The notes under the pieces were generated by a model. That model made no database searches and had not been told where the DNA came from. It was given only the letters and a program-made list of their open reading frames with translations. Made by a program: the position numbers and the translations under genes. Of a stretch of 64,000 nt of DNA, positions 39,385 through 53,199 are shown in pieces. Position 1 is the stretch's first letter; every line of letters begins with the position of its first letter. Source of the stretch: Octopus vulgaris (lineage: Eukaryota); NCBI GenBank assembly GCA_951406725.2, contig OX597827.1:248001-312000 (forward strand). The letters run 5' to 3'.

Positions 39385-41075
39385 TTGCTGAAGCACACCA
39401 AAAGATAAAATAATCTTGTAATAGACTAGGTAGTTTTTTTTTTTAAGCCATATAGTTTATAAGAACACTTTTCAACTGTTTAGTGGTTCATTTCCGCCAT
39501 TGGGTAAGTGTCTTGTAAGATAATCACAGGTCAGCTAAATCCTTGTTGGTGGAATTTGAACTTGTATGCAAGCCTGTTGGCTGAACTGTCCAGTTCTTAG
39601 TTGGGTAGACTTAGATTAGTGTCACTTTAGTGTGCGATCTACGTGACCATTTACATTTTAGCATGCAATCTAACCATAACCTTTACTCTAAACTGGTGGT
39701 TCTCAACCAATTTTTGCTTATGGTCTCCTTTGATATGCTATTCTGGTGGCCATCCCATAGCCATTCGATGTTTAAAAACTAGTTTTATAGATACTTTTTT
39801 AGATGTTATATGTTGTGGTGTCATCTATTGAGACTCTCAGAAGGCTCTTATGCTATTGTGGTGGAAGGAACCCAGTAAAGAATGTATAAAACACAAGGTG
39901 GTAACTATTTTAACACATTTTTTTGTGGTCACACACACATATACACAATGGAATGCTGAATAGAATGATTGATGGACTTTTATATATATCTACAGGCATT
40001 TGCATGGGTTGTATGTAAGCTGTTAACCCTGGTGAGAAGCTGACGAACAGCGATGTAGGAACCAGAGCAGTGTGTTGGTGCTGTGTAGACATTGACGATG
40101 TTGGTGAGAGACATCTGGTGTGGCAGCGAAGATGGTTAGTGGTTAGATCTTAGAAAGTCTAGAACCAACTGACCCCGAGCCTAAGAAGAGGTAAGCTTTT
40201 ATAGCTGACAGGTAGCCTCAAATGCTTGTTTGGAACAGACTGTCTCATATGACTTATTTGCAGGTTGTAATTGGTTGGGTTGCATATTGGTGCATGATAG
40301 AATATGAAACAAAGTGTGCCAATATCAACCAATTGGAGTGGTAGACATAATGGGGTCCAAAACAGTGCCCAACGGCTAGCTACATTTGTATGTACTTGAT
40401 ATAAGAGAGGACGCTCACTAGAGTTCACTACACTTCTTTTTGTTATTCACATGTTAACTTGTGTAGGTTGAACTATATGAAATGTTAGAGAATGAAACCT
40501 AGCTGTTTCTTGTAATATATTTAAATAAAAACTTTTCATGGACCCTTAAAACTCTATAGTTGATCCTTAATTTACTGTTTTGCAAGCATGATGGGCTTTC
40601 ATACAGTTTTTGTCCAAATTTACTCATAGTTTACTGAAAATTGATTCCCCAGCATGGCTGCAATTCACTAAATTGAACCCAATAAAAAATAGTAAAATAA
40701 AATAAAAAGAAATAATTTTCATCATCCTTTTTACATCTGTTTTACCATCCTGGCTGCATGGGATCGGGTCACTTTCAACAGTGTCTCTTCACTTATCGCA
40801 GGCCATCATCATCCCCTTTGTGATGCTCAGTATACTGCAATCAGCTCTTACCACTTCTTCTCATGTCTTCTTTGGTTCTCTCTCTTCTGCAAGCTCCTTA
40901 GGCTTGCATGGTTTGACACTTTTTTTTCTTCTTAATAATCATTCTGTTATTTAATCTAAAACCTTTTATTTTTTTTATTCAACAGATATGGGGGAGAGAA
41001 GCCTATTCAGAAAATAAAGTCACAGCCAACGCCAAAGCAACCAGTTTCGATATTGACGATCCAGTTACTGCTAAG

Positions 41076-41795
41076 ATGGACACAGACTGTTATAATATTT
41101 CAAGCCAACCTGATGATGTTATAGATATAAGTAATGATGATGATGAAGAGGAGGAGGAAGAGCCTATTTATAACATCAGTGACAGTGAAAAGGAGCAAAA
41201 TGACAGGCAGTCTTCGTTGCATGCAAACTCTAAACAGACTGAACAGAAAACAAAATCGAAATGGAAATCCACGCCTCTCTGTTTGTTCCACTGTGAGTTC
41301 TGTGACCAACAGTTTTTGGACAGTGAACTTCTTGCACTTCACCGAAGGCGTCACCATCCTGTTTCCCAGGTGACCCAAAACGTTGGGGACAGTACTACAA
41401 ATCAGGTTGAGATTAGAATTGATGACAGCAGCAGTGAGAGTGAGATGAATGAAGGTGAGCTTTACCACTGTGAAGTTTGTGGCAAGCTGTTTACAGATGC
41501 CAGTCTGGTGCAGCAGCATCGCCGTGCTCATTATGGTGTCAAACTATTCCAGTGTGATGTTTGCGGCAAGAACTTTTCCGAGAGGAGTCACCTGTCACGC
41601 CACAAACGCACCCACACAGGAGAGAGACCATTTGGCTGTGATATATGTGGCAAGTATTTTGCCCGCTCAGACAAACTCCTCAGACACAAACGAATACACA
41701 CGGGAGAGAAACCATATCACTGTGAAATATGTGGTAAAGTGTTTGGGAGATCCGATAAACTGTTACAACATAAACGAACACATTTGGAGAATTAG
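41076..41795 (+). CDS. C2H2 zinc-finger protein, acidic N-terminus, 5 fingers
   Basis: 239-aa ORF with CxxC..HxxxH x5 and TGERPF/TGEKPY linkers. The frame is open back to the acceptor TTTTTATTCAACAG at 40985. Confidence 0.9.
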   Translation: MDTDCYNISSQPDDVIDISNDDDEEEEEEPIYNISDSEKEQNDRQSSLHANSKQTEQKTKSKWKSTPLCLFHCEFCDQQFLDSELLALHRRRHHPVSQVTQNVGDSTTNQVEIRIDDSSSESEMNEGELYHCEVCGKLFTDASLVQQHRRAHYGVKLFQCDVCGKNFSERSHLSRHKRTHTGERPFGCDICGKYFARSDKLLRHKRIHTGEKPYHCEICGKVFGRSDKLLQHKRTHLEN

Positions 41796-42374
41796 TGTTA
41801 GAGATATATTTCTACTGCGAAGAGAGGTGTATTGAGACTGCAGAGCATCAGACTAGATATTTTAAAGTGTTTAGTTTTGTCTTTCTGCAATCTAAGATCA
41901 AATTCTGTCAAAGTTCACATACACAATTATATTTTATACTCTACAGCAAAGGTGAATCACAAGTACATACGAACCTGCTGAGTTCAGATATGTCCTCAGA
42001 AAAATAATGAAGCTTTATTTTATGCATGCAATCACACTAAGTAACATTAATCAAATTGCAATGATGTATTAATTAACCAGTGATAATGATTTAAATCCTA
42101 TAAAACCAGTGTATAATGTTTATGGTTTAATGGAATTTCTTCCCTTTCATTATGATGAAAAATTTAGTTCTGTTTATTATTGGAAATATCAAGGCAGCTA
42201 GATGTGACTATTCTTAAATTGGTATGCAAGATTATTGAAAGTCTTGCAGCAAGTGGTGCTTGGCTAAATTTGAGGAAAATTGTTTATGTCAATAAGTGTA
42301 GGAAATAGGTGCAACTTGCAATTAGGGATTTTAATTAAAAGTGAATATTTTTCAGTATCTATACAAGATTTGTA

Positions 42375-43567
42375 TTGGGTTATCAGATAAATTCATTCAC
42401 TCTTTTCTCTATTTATTTAAATCATTTTCTTTCATCAATGATTTTAACAAATCAGTCAGTAATATATTTGCCTTCATTGTTCATGATTTCTTGCCAATGT
42501 TCCCCTATCTTGTTAATGCCATGACAGTATAAATCACTGGGATTTGATCCAAAGAATTCATTTTTGGCTCCATGTCATTGTTGAACAAAATGTGTCACAG
42601 ACTATTGGAGAGCAACAGAAAAAAGGGATGATCTGAGGTCGCTATGTCAGGAAAATACGGTGGATGCAGTAGAACTTCCCAACCACTTTGCATTTTTGGT
42701 CGAAGTAGGGATGTGGAGTCAAAAGATGTGTTGAAGAAACATGCCTTGTTGATTACCTTGTTGAGCCAGTGTATTTTTGAACATAAAAAGCTCTGCATTG
42801 ACAGTGTGGTTGTTTTCAAGCATTTTGTAGTGGATTGGCCCTTCCTAGTCCTACAAATGCAGGTTGGCTTGGCTTGAGATGTTTCAGCCATTCATCCTTC
42901 TGCTTCATATTGACATAAAGACACTGTTTTTCATTGCTGGTGATGATGTGGTAAAGAAATCACTTTTTGTGTCCACAAGTAATCTGGTGTCAAGGAAGCA
43001 AACTGGTGGTGATAGAGGAGTGCTGCAGTTTGTTTCTTTTATTCAGAGCATGTGGGCCCATACATTGAGTATTTGCACCTCACTCATCTAGTGATGGTGA
43101 TGAGCGATGGTGTCATGAGAGCATCCCATCTGCCGGGCCAATTTGCTTGTGGAATGGCATGGATGAGCTGGTTCAATTGATCCTCCTGGTCTGAACAGGT
43201 TAGCTGGATTGTAGAGAATCCAAGAGGTAAAGTACATCTTCTTGAATCATGAAAACCATTTCTGTGTAGTTCTTTTAATAATAGTACATTCTCTGTACAT
43301 AACACAAATGTCTCAAATGACTTTGAAGCTTTGGGACCTTGATTGAAAGCAAAGAGAAGCAGGTGTTGAAAATACCTGTCTTCTACTTAGCACTTTTTTG
43401 TCATATATCTGGAAAGGGGTAAAATTTATTCAAATTTCAAAAATGATAAAAGCTGTAAGGGAAGAAGAGGTACAAAAATAGAAACCTTAAAAGACTTCGA
43501 TAAAAATGTTTTCCTGTTAATTGAAATAACATTGGAAAGAAACAAGTGAATTTATCTGACAACCCAG
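42375..43567 (-). mobile_element. Near full-length degenerate mariner transposon
   Basis: TA-flanked TIRs TTGGGTTATCAGATAAATTCA and TGAATTTATCTGACAACCCAG; motif GWEVLLHPPYFPDIATSD. Confidence 0.85.
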
Positions 43568-43861
43568 TAAATTTCCCAAATAGATAATCAATTAAATTAA
43601 GGTATGAAAGTATTTATTGTTATACTTGGGGATGGTCATATTTTACCAATTAAACACACACTATACATTTGGCCTTCACTTCAGCTTTATTACTATTATT
43701 TTAGTTTCTTTGTCAAAGTTCTTTTGCTACATATTCTGTGACCTCTTCAGGTCCACAAAATGGAGTAAACAGAACAAGAGGAGACACATGGGATATAGAG
43801 TTGCTGAAGAGGTCACAGAATGTGCGATGAAAGAACTTTGACAAAGAAACTAAAATAATAA

Positions 43862-44246
43862 TAACAAGTGGACTCAGAGAGTGCAAACGTCCACCAAGGC
43901 AACATCAATGTCCTCTCAACAATTAGCCAGAGATGATTTTTAAAATGAGAATATCTGAAATAAACTCGACTGCTCTCACAAATGGGAATACTAAAAATGA
44001 ACCCGACCGCTCTCAAAAATTAAGTGAAAAAACAGGAAAAAATAATCCAAAATCCTTGTCTGGTACTAGATTGATCCCAAAACCTAATCAGTTCATACCA
44101 GTCATGAGGCCAAGCATTCCTGAAAGTTTCATCCGAATCCATCCAGCAGTTCTTGGAATATCTTCTTATCCATGGACAAAAAAACAAACAAACAAATAAA
44201 CACAACTGAAAACAATACCTCTGCCTTCAGGCAAAGGTAATAATAA
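43862..44246 (-). mobile_element. Non-autonomous Helentron/HINE-like element
   Basis: Minus strand begins TTATTACCTTTGCCTGAAGGCAGAGG (short palindrome), then (TTTG)n and GGATGGATTCGGATGAAACTT; ends GGTGGACGTTTGCACTCTCTGAGT..TT. Similar relic at ~50885-51185 (+). Confidence 0.45.
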
Positions 44247-44700
44247 AGCCAAAGTGAAGACCAAATATATAGTGTATGCGTTTAATGAGCAAAATATGAC
44301 TGTCCTCAAGTATAACAGTATTTCTTTCAACACATGATTTCTTATCAAGAATCCTGCAAACCAAATACATAAATTTATGAAAGTATTATCTTATTTTATG
44401 TGAACATGGAATCTCTGGTCACATCTGGCTTGACATCAAAAACAGTTTTGCATGTTCATAGTTCAATGTCATGATTTTATAAATCTTAAAACAGGCTTTA
44501 AAACATCCTGCAAAATACTCCATTAGTTCTGGTTTCTGTTCTTTCAGTGCTTGAAAATGTACCACAGATTGATTTTTTTTTTTTTTCTTTTTTCCTTGCA
44601 GTTGAGTTACAAATGGCATAGATTTAGAGCTCCTGATATTAGTAAAAGAAGAGACAATAGGTTTATTCAACTCTTCTAATTTCAAACTTAGATAATTTAA

Positions 44701-44835
44701 CCCTTTAGCATTCAGACTGGCCATATGCAACTCTAAATGTTTTATGTTCAAACTGACCAGATCCAGCCTCTCACACCTACCCTACAATGCCATTCTAACA
44801 GTTGTATTTAACAGAATAATCTGAATGCTAAAGGG
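44701..44835. mobile_element. piggyBac-like MITE (135 bp)
   Basis: Perfect 16-bp TIR CCCTTTAGCATTCAGA / TCTGAATGCTAAAGGG with TTAA on both sides. Confidence 0.85.
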
Positions 44836-45289
44836 TTAAAAAACTGGTGACATTAACCCAAAAATCCAAATCACATCAACATTTTAATCCTCTTACATTC
44901 CATAATGGAAATATTTTTAATAACCATGAAGTGTATTGCTTCATCTTACAACTCATAGAAGTGATTTTGCCTGTGCTTTTTTTCTTACCCCAAAAATCTC
45001 ACATAAAACAAGTCCTTCAAGGTTTCTGTAAATTCTCCTATTTTGTATCATGTTATTACATTTTCTTACCATTTTTATCTCGTTCATTTTTAGAGAATAT
45101 AGACCAAATTTTGATGCTAGACAAGACAAACAAAAACTACAAAAGTCTTAGGATCCAGTTGATGTGTCTCCAAATCTTCATTGATTAACATCGATTGTGA
45201 AATCCTATAAGAAATGGTACACCATCTGTAATGAGACTTGAGTTATACAATGAATCAAAATCAATTATGACCTCTGAAAATAAGGAGTG

Positions 45290-46600
45290 GATGCATGGTT
45301 AAGAAGCTCGCTTAACCATATGGTCTCCAAATCAGTCCCACTGCACAACACCTTGGACAAGTATCTTCTATTATAGCTCCAGGCAAAGCAAAGCCTTGTG
45401 AGTGGATTTTGTAGACGGAAACTGGAAAAAGTTCATCATATATGAGTACATGTATGTATGCTGACTTGACAACATGTGATGGTTGTAAGTGCAAATTTCC
45501 ATCATACAACTAATGTTGTTGTTTCTAGTCTCTGTTGCCAACTCTCATCTGTTTCCAGATATGGCCATGCTTGGAAACAGGTGATGGTTGGCAACAGAAA
45601 GAACATCTGGCCATAGAAAATATGCTTTAACAAGTTTCATCTGATCCATGCAAACATGAGGAAGTGGACATTAATTAATGATGATCTCTGGATGTTTCAT
45701 GTCTTGCTATTGTTCTGTGTACATCATTTAAAGCCAAATATGGTCTGTTGTCTCATCTACAGCTATGGAACAAAACACCAGTTTCTGATGATATGTGTTT
45801 AAAGAATAGCCAACAGTCATTAACCCTGTCTTTTTTTTTTTTGCAATCAGAGACTGTCCTCTATAATTATCATCACTTTAACATTTACTTTTCCTATGCT
45901 TGCATGGAAATGTTTTTATACAGTTTATAATATTTATTTAAAAGCTTTGATAAATGTAAACAAATAAGCATAGGTGCAGGCGTGGCTGTCTGTGCTTCTG
46001 GGTTCAGTCCCACAGCATGACATGTTGGGCAAGTGTCTTCTACTACAGCCTCAAGCCAACCAAAGCCTATATCTTGAGAGGGCATTAAAAGTAAATTAAT
46101 GTTTGTCATTGAAAACAGACGCTGATTTTTTTCTCATCACTGCATTGCAGTATAAAAGAATTTACAACATAAACAATAATATTTGTATCAAATATATTTA
46201 AATTGCTAAAAAGTGAGCTGACTTGAACTGTAGAGCTCTGAACTAGACATTTTATAGTTTTTAATTTTGTGTTGCTACAATCTGGGTTCACTTCCCATCC
46301 AAACTTCAAATTTTGCTTTCATACCATCTATAAAAGTGGAATATCATATGATGCCAGAATGAATGCTTTACCATTTAATAATCCTTTCTACTATAGTCAC
46401 AAGGCCTGGAATTTTGAGGGGAGGGAGCTAGTCGATTACATCGACCCCAGTGCTCCACTGGTACTTATTTTATCTGCCCCAAAAGAATGAAAGACTAAGT
46501 CGACCCCTGTGGCAGGCATTTGAACCCAAAATGTAGAGAGGGACAAAATGCTGCTAAGCATTTTGCCTGGCATGCTAACAATTCAGACAACTCACTGCCA
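45290..46600. mobile_element. SINE copies: A-type 45290-45680 (+) and 45970-46070 (+); C-type 46380-46600 (-)
   Basis: Motifs shared with other copies in the window. Confidence 0.5.
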
Positions 46601-46897
46601 TTTTTACCATCTAATAATATATGGGTTAGGTGATTAAGAAATATTTATGCATCAATGTAACTTACAGTAAATGAAAGATATCTTTTTTTTTATGGAGAAA
46701 ATGTTAAAATTCCACTTTTAATATATTTTCTTAAAAATGTAGATTTTTATGCCACTTTTATTAAAGTGGTTCTCAACTCCATAATCACATCATAAAAATT
46801 TCAATTCCTTGTGAAATGTACTTCCTGTCTCCCGCTTTGAATCAATTTCTTTTCAACTTCCAACTATCATAAAATTACCATGTGTGTATTTAGATTA

Positions 46898-47313
46898 GGA
46901 TCTTTTTGGTTTGAATGGCAGTTTTTAACATAATTTCTAGGTAACTAAAAAATTTTAAACTTTGTATACTGGTAGAATGTGTTTATAAAACATCTTTTTC
47001 TCTTGGCTTTATTGAGAAAATTCTATAGTTTGTAAGATATTTGTTGTTTTTTTTCTTCAATTTCTGCAATTTCAACCAATCAATGACCGTTTATTGAGGT
47101 GAAAACATTCTGTGCCGTATGAATATGTCCCTCGTTTAAGAAACAGATTGGGTTTATTTACATTTCTGAAGAAATAAAGTTACCCTTCTCCCACCCCTAA
47201 CCCTAACCCTAAAACAGATTGAAATACAATAGATCGATACTAGGGTCATAATTATGGGTGACAATTTCATATGACACCGCTAGAAAAAACTGCCGTTCAA
47301 ACCGAAAAGATCC
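46898..47313. mobile_element. MITE with ~29-bp TIRs, 8-bp TSD and internal (CCCTAA)3
   Basis: GGATCTTTTTGGTTTGAATGGCAGTTTTT versus AAAAAACTGCCGTTCAAACCGAAAAGATCC; TTAGATTA at 46890-46897 and 47314-47321. Confidence 0.85.
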
Positions 47314-47829
47314 TTAGATTATATATTTTCGAGGACATCTGTGACACAGTGCACCTTTTGAGAAGGAGGAAAATAATTTTGAAAATTTTAATACTTTAGC
47401 CTTTAGGTTATTCTTAACAGTATGTCTATGTCACTCAGTTAGTGAATCTTAATAATCCTTTAACTATAATTTGGGAAATCCTTCAGTTTACAACATTTAT
47501 TTCCCTTCCATGGAGGTGAATCAGTTTCATAAAAATCCTCCGTCAGAGCCCTAATTTGTATTGATTTTTTCTGTCCATTTAAATATTGACAATGAAGCAA
47601 ACATTATTTACTTTATGATGGAAAGAAAGTAAACGAACAGGCCATTTGACAGAATTGAAAAAAAAAAAAAAAAAAAAAAAAGAAGCCCTTATAAAGGATA
47701 TAATATTGTTAGAGTGTTTCAAAGATGTGAAACTGCTGTTGTAAACTCAAGGATTGCTCTATTTCATCTTTTATGTCTCTGTCTAGAAGCAGAAGTCAAA
47801 TTTAAAGTTCGTAAATGAAAGCAATAAAT

Positions 47830-48319
47830 ATCATCATCATCATTTAATGTCCATTTTCCATGCCAGCATGGAGTGGACGGTTTGACTGGGGTCTGGTAAG
47901 CCATGGAGGCTGCACCAGGCTCCAGTCTGATTTGGCAGTGTTTCTACAGCTGGATGCCCTTCCTAACGCCAACCACTCCGTGAGTGTAGTGGGTGTTTTT
48001 TACGTGCCACCGACACAGGAGCCAGCGCAGGCTGGCAAACAGCCACAATCAGTTGGTACTTTTACGTGTCACCGACACGGACGCCAGTCAGGCAACGCTA
48101 GTAACTGCCACGCTCAAACGGTGCTTTTACATGTCACCAGCACTACAATTACCATTCGAATTTTTGATGTTGACGAACTTGACTCAACAGGTCTCCTCAA
48201 GAACAGCGGGTCACTCTACGATCCAAGGTAAGCACAGCAGGCTGTCCTGCGAGCATGAACTCACTTCATTTGTCGAGTCTTCGAAGTCACAGCATATCTC
48301 CAGAGGTCTCGGTCTTTCG

Positions 48320-48320
<1 letters not shown>
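47830..48320 (-). mobile_element. RTE 3' fragment including ORF C-terminus and 3' UTR
   Basis: KDRDLWRYAV (RTE C-terminus-like), then VNTR-like units and the tail to (GAT)n. Confidence 0.75.
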
Positions 48321-48357
<37 letters not shown>

Positions 48358-48361
<4 letters not shown>

Positions 48362-48582
48362 GCAGGAGTGGCTGTGTGGTAAGTAGCTTGCTTACTAACC
48401 ACATGGTTCCGGATTCAGCCCCACTGTGTGGAACCTTGGGCAAGTGTATTCTATGGCCTCGGGCCAACCAAATCGTTGTGAGTGGGTTTGGTAGATGGAA
48501 AGAATAAGTTCTGGAGTTAATTTGCTTGACTAAAGGCAGTGCTCCAGCATGGGAGCAGTTAAATGACTGAAACAAGTAAAAG
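48358..48582 (+). mobile_element. SINE family A (short form)
   Basis: GGTGCAGGAGTGGCTGTGTGGTAAG head and GTGCTCCAGCATGG..AAATGACTGAAACAAGTAAAAG tail. Confidence 0.7.
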
Positions 48583-51339
48583 GGCAGAAAGTTGGTTCAA
48601 ATGATGGTCATAAACTCAGAGAACAACATACCTCAGGTCTTTCTATAAGAATTCTCCGTCCCTTAGGTGAGTTGCCTTTGCCTTGGCTTAGAGTCTAACC
48701 CACCCTGGTAGGCTAAATGTGCACGCGGATACCAAACCAGAAATTTCTAAATCCTCACACATACGTATGTATATCATTGGACGGCCTTAGTCTCTTCTGA
48801 GTTCATCCGCTCTTTAACAGGTTTTACTTTTCATTCTGCAGGGTGTCCAAAAATCACCCTACTTACCCAAGTAGGCTTGGTTGTGTTGCCAGTTTAGATA
48901 CTGACAGCCTGACCATGCAACAGGTTGTACTTGGTTACTTGTTACCAGTAGCACTCAACTGACCTTATACCATATATTGTATATATTTTTGTTTTACATT
49001 GGGAAATGACCTCCCAGAAATCACCCTCTATTGTCTACGAAAAAAAAAAGGGTAACATTCATCATCATCATTATCATGTAGTGTTTTTCATGCTGGCATG
49101 GGTAAGCTGGTTTGACTGCAGCTGGTTTGACTGCAGCTGGTATGCAAGAGCTACACCAGTCTCCAATTAGTTTTGGCTTGGTTTTTACAGCTCAATGCCA
49201 ACCACTCCACAGAGTGTACTGTTTGTCTTTTTTATGTGTCACTGGTGTGGGTGCCTTTCATGTGTTACTGGAACTTGGCCATGACTATGATTTTACTTAG
49301 CATCACATGTCCTCTCAAGCACAGCAAATTGCCAAATCTTGGTCACTTGTCATCGCCTCTGTGAGACTTAACATCCAAAGATCAAATTTCACCACTTTGT
49401 CCCATGTCTTCCTGGATCTACCTCTTTCACAGGTTCTCTCCACAGTTAGAAATTGGTATATTGAATAATATAGTCCCTTCCAAAATATGTTCAGAAACCA
49501 AAAATGTTTTATGGTGCCAGTTGGGATGGCTATGATAAACGAAATGTTTAATCTAGGATGACTTGCCGTTAAACAACAACATTCAACTTTTTTCTAACCA
49601 AGGGGTTTTTAACCCAATATTCTACATGCTGTCTATAGATTTATCTACTTCAAGTTCCACTATTAATTAAAAATGGTTTGTATATTTCTGTATTTGTTCT
49701 TTTTTTGACTATGTCTTAAAATTTTATTTTTATTTCAATTACATCCTAAAATATGGTTTTACAGACAAATGTAGTGAAATGTTTTCAAAGATGGAGATTA
49801 CAGTAATGTTGATGAGAATTTTATTTATTTATTATTTGTTTTAGAAAGAAAAATGTCAATTACAACCATTATTAAACTATTTCATTATCATCTCCACCTA
49901 GCTGTGACGACAAAACTAATACAGCTGTTTCAGTAAAACCAACAATTGTATATATAAGAGCTTAGCCGTTACAACTCCCCACTGGCTTGGTTTGTTAAAA
50001 ATCATCAAAGTTTTATCATTACAACCATTGTTAAGCTATTTTATTATAATCACCCCTGAGTTGTGTCATTACATAAACTTCTAAGACCTCATACTCTGCA
50101 GTGAAATGTTTTTTTATAACTACAATTTAGCTGTAATATTACAACTACCATCAACTTATTTCATTGCAATCAACACTGAAATATGTCATTTACAAGCTTC
50201 ACTGAGGTCTCATTTCAAATACCTGTGGCAGTGTCTCATTATAATCAATATTCATCTCGTTATCATTATCATCAGCATCACTGTTTAATGCACCCTTTTT
50301 TGCGTGGTGGTATGGGTTGGATGCTTCAACAAGAACTGATGAGCCAGAGGGATGTGTCAAGCTCCACTGTCTGCTTTGGCATGGTCTGTACAGCTGGATG
50401 CCCTTCCAAATGCCAACCACTTCACACAGTGTACTAGGTGCTTTTTCCATTGCACCAGCATTGGTGAGGTTACCAAGTACTCACATGATTCCTCAGTGGG
50501 GTGTAGTATTGAGGGATGTGACAAAGGGACAGAAGCAGGTGTCTTGCTGAAGAGGTGAATACATGGCTTCCCCATCTGGAAAGAGAGAGAAAAGGGTTGG
50601 GGGAACAGAACATCTTGAGCCATTTAAAACAATGAACTGTTTTATTACAACCTGTATTGCATCATTTCAACTATCTCTTAACTGTTTCAATACAGTCAAC
50701 ATTGAGCTGAGCTTTGCCATTTGAACCACTGATTTGTGATACTACAACCATGGCTTAGATGTATTATTAGCAGAGTAGCAACCACCAATAAGATTTTTTG
50801 ATACAATCAATGCACTTTCATTGTTTTAAAATTATTTTTTTCTATAAATCTTTAACATATATTAAATATTTAAAATTTGTTTCCTTATTTTCACCCTGTG
50901 TGTGTAAGTGAAAGCAGGGCATTGTAGTTGCTTGTCTTAGTCTGTTTGTCTGTGTTTTCAAAATTACTGGAAAATAGCTGAATGGACTTTTATCAAATTT
51001 GGCAGAAATACTCATTGGATGAGTGGCTCGAACTCATTGAATTTTGGCTTGATTGTCTTTAAAACTTGATTATCTTTGACTGTGTAGATTTTTTGCAAAA
51101 GAATTTATGTGCATGCAAGGTATGCATTGTTTTAGCATCTTCTCAGCACAAGAATCGATTATCAGTGCATAAAAACATATATTATGTCTATTAAATACTA
51201 TTTATCTCTCACCATGGCTATGGTTTCTCTACCTTATCCCACACCCGTTTCTTTCTTTCCTCCTCCTCATTATTCTTATTCTTCCTCTGCTGCCTCCACT
51301 TCTTTCTCTTCTTCCCCTTCCTCTTTCGCCAGCCTTCAC

Positions 51340-51680
51340 CTTTTTAACCTTACACCCTCGGATATCCACGAATTACTTGTCATAATAGTAGGGAACACCT
51401 ACTTCCAGTTCAACAAGCCTACCAATGGGGTCTAGCCTCTCAGGTCTGCTAGCTATCTAATACATGGACCATCTCGAATGCACAGTGCTTAACACCTGTT
51501 ATTCATGCATCTTCTTCTCTAGGTATATCAACAACATCCTGATGCTCATCTCATCCCAGGAAGAAGTGAAAACTATACATGAAAAATTCAACAACATCAA
51601 CAGTCACTAAAGATTCAACATTGAACACCCAGACAAGTCTGGAACACTGCTAGATTTCCAAATCAAGATCACAGGGGATG
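51340..51680 (+). mobile_element. Degenerate PLE reverse transcriptase fragment
   Basis: NTYFQFN, LPMGSSLSG, RYINNI (decayed YIDD) and FNIEHP remnants across frames. Confidence 0.5.
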
Positions 51681-53199
51681 ATTTAAGAAGCACTTGCTAT
51701 TATATAATTGGCAGTGAGTTGGCAGAATCATTAGCATGCTGGGAAAAATGCTTCAGAGCATTTTGTCTGTCTTTATGTTCTGATTTCAAATTCCACCGAG
51801 GTTGGTAAAATTAGATACAGTTGAACACGGGTTGATGTAACTGACCTAACTCCTGCCCCAAATTGCTGGCCTTGTGCCAAAATTTGAAACCAATATTATA
51901 TAGTTGGCAACACCTGTATACATAATACACCATTATCCATCTTTTATGAAGGTTAGGAACATAGTTATTAATATGAAAGTATGTCCATATCCAGGACATA
52001 CTTTTATACATTTTTTATGAAAGAAGTTAGGAATAGAGTTAATATACATATGATAGAATAGATAGATATTCAATCTTCACAATGAGCAGCCCTAAGACAA
52101 ATGCATCAAATCATCAGGTAGTGAGAGAAAGAGCGAAACACACTACTAGGACATGCACACATACCAACTCTAACACTGTGTGTACATACACACATACTTC
52201 CCACTCACTCATGCTCAAATAATTGTCATCTGTGCATGTGCACCAGTTGTGTTCATATGTGTATGCGTGCCAAAAGTTTTCATGTGTATGTATGAGCATG
52301 TTTCGGTAGGATTTGTTTGAAGCTATCACACACACTTTTAACACCCCATCTCCACAATGTGATGTTTTTTTTACACTACAAGAATCTATTGTTAGCTCTT
52401 TACTACGTATCTATGTGTGTGTGTGTATGTATGTACATCATCATCATTTAACAGTCATTTTCCATGTTGTGATGTATTGAATGGTTTGACAGAATCTGGT
52501 AAGCCATGTGGCTGTGCTCAGCTCCAGTGTCTGCTTTGGCATATTTCCTTTCCAATGCCAACCACCTTCTTGTGTGTATTGAGGGCTTTTCTTGTGTATT
52601 GAGGAATTTTTTTTGTGCCACTGGTACTAGTGAAGTTGCCAAGTAAGTTGCAAAACAAAAAAAGAATATGAAACAGAAAGGCTGCCATGAATGAATGGAG
52701 GGGATTTTAGAAGTGTGGCAGAAGCACAAGAACAGATGTCCTGCTATAGATCTGATAATGCTATTTACCCTTATAATGTGGCTATTCTAAGTTATAAAGG
52801 TAAGTGGTAGTAATTGGGAAGATGAAGATAAAAAAGATGGTAGTGATGGTGTGCCAGAGTAAAATCTCATGGTAGATAACAGAGAGTACAATCAGTGGAT
52901 CGGGGTCAGGTGGAGGAAGAGAAGAGTAGATAGTTTCCTAAGAATGTGAGAGAAAAGTCACAAATGGTTAAAGAGTGGGTTGAGGTGGATGTACTGAATA
53001 ATGTGCAAAGGTGGAAGTATGGTTGGTGGGAAATATCAAGTGTGGAGAGGAGGTAAGGTGATAGAGATAGCAGTGGCTCAGGAAGGAGGATAAACATTAA
53101 GGTAGAGGGAGAGTACATAAGGGTGAGTGCAATGGACAGGCATCATAAGGAATTTGAAAGGGTGTTGAGAATGATAGAATATATGTTTAGAGATAAGAT

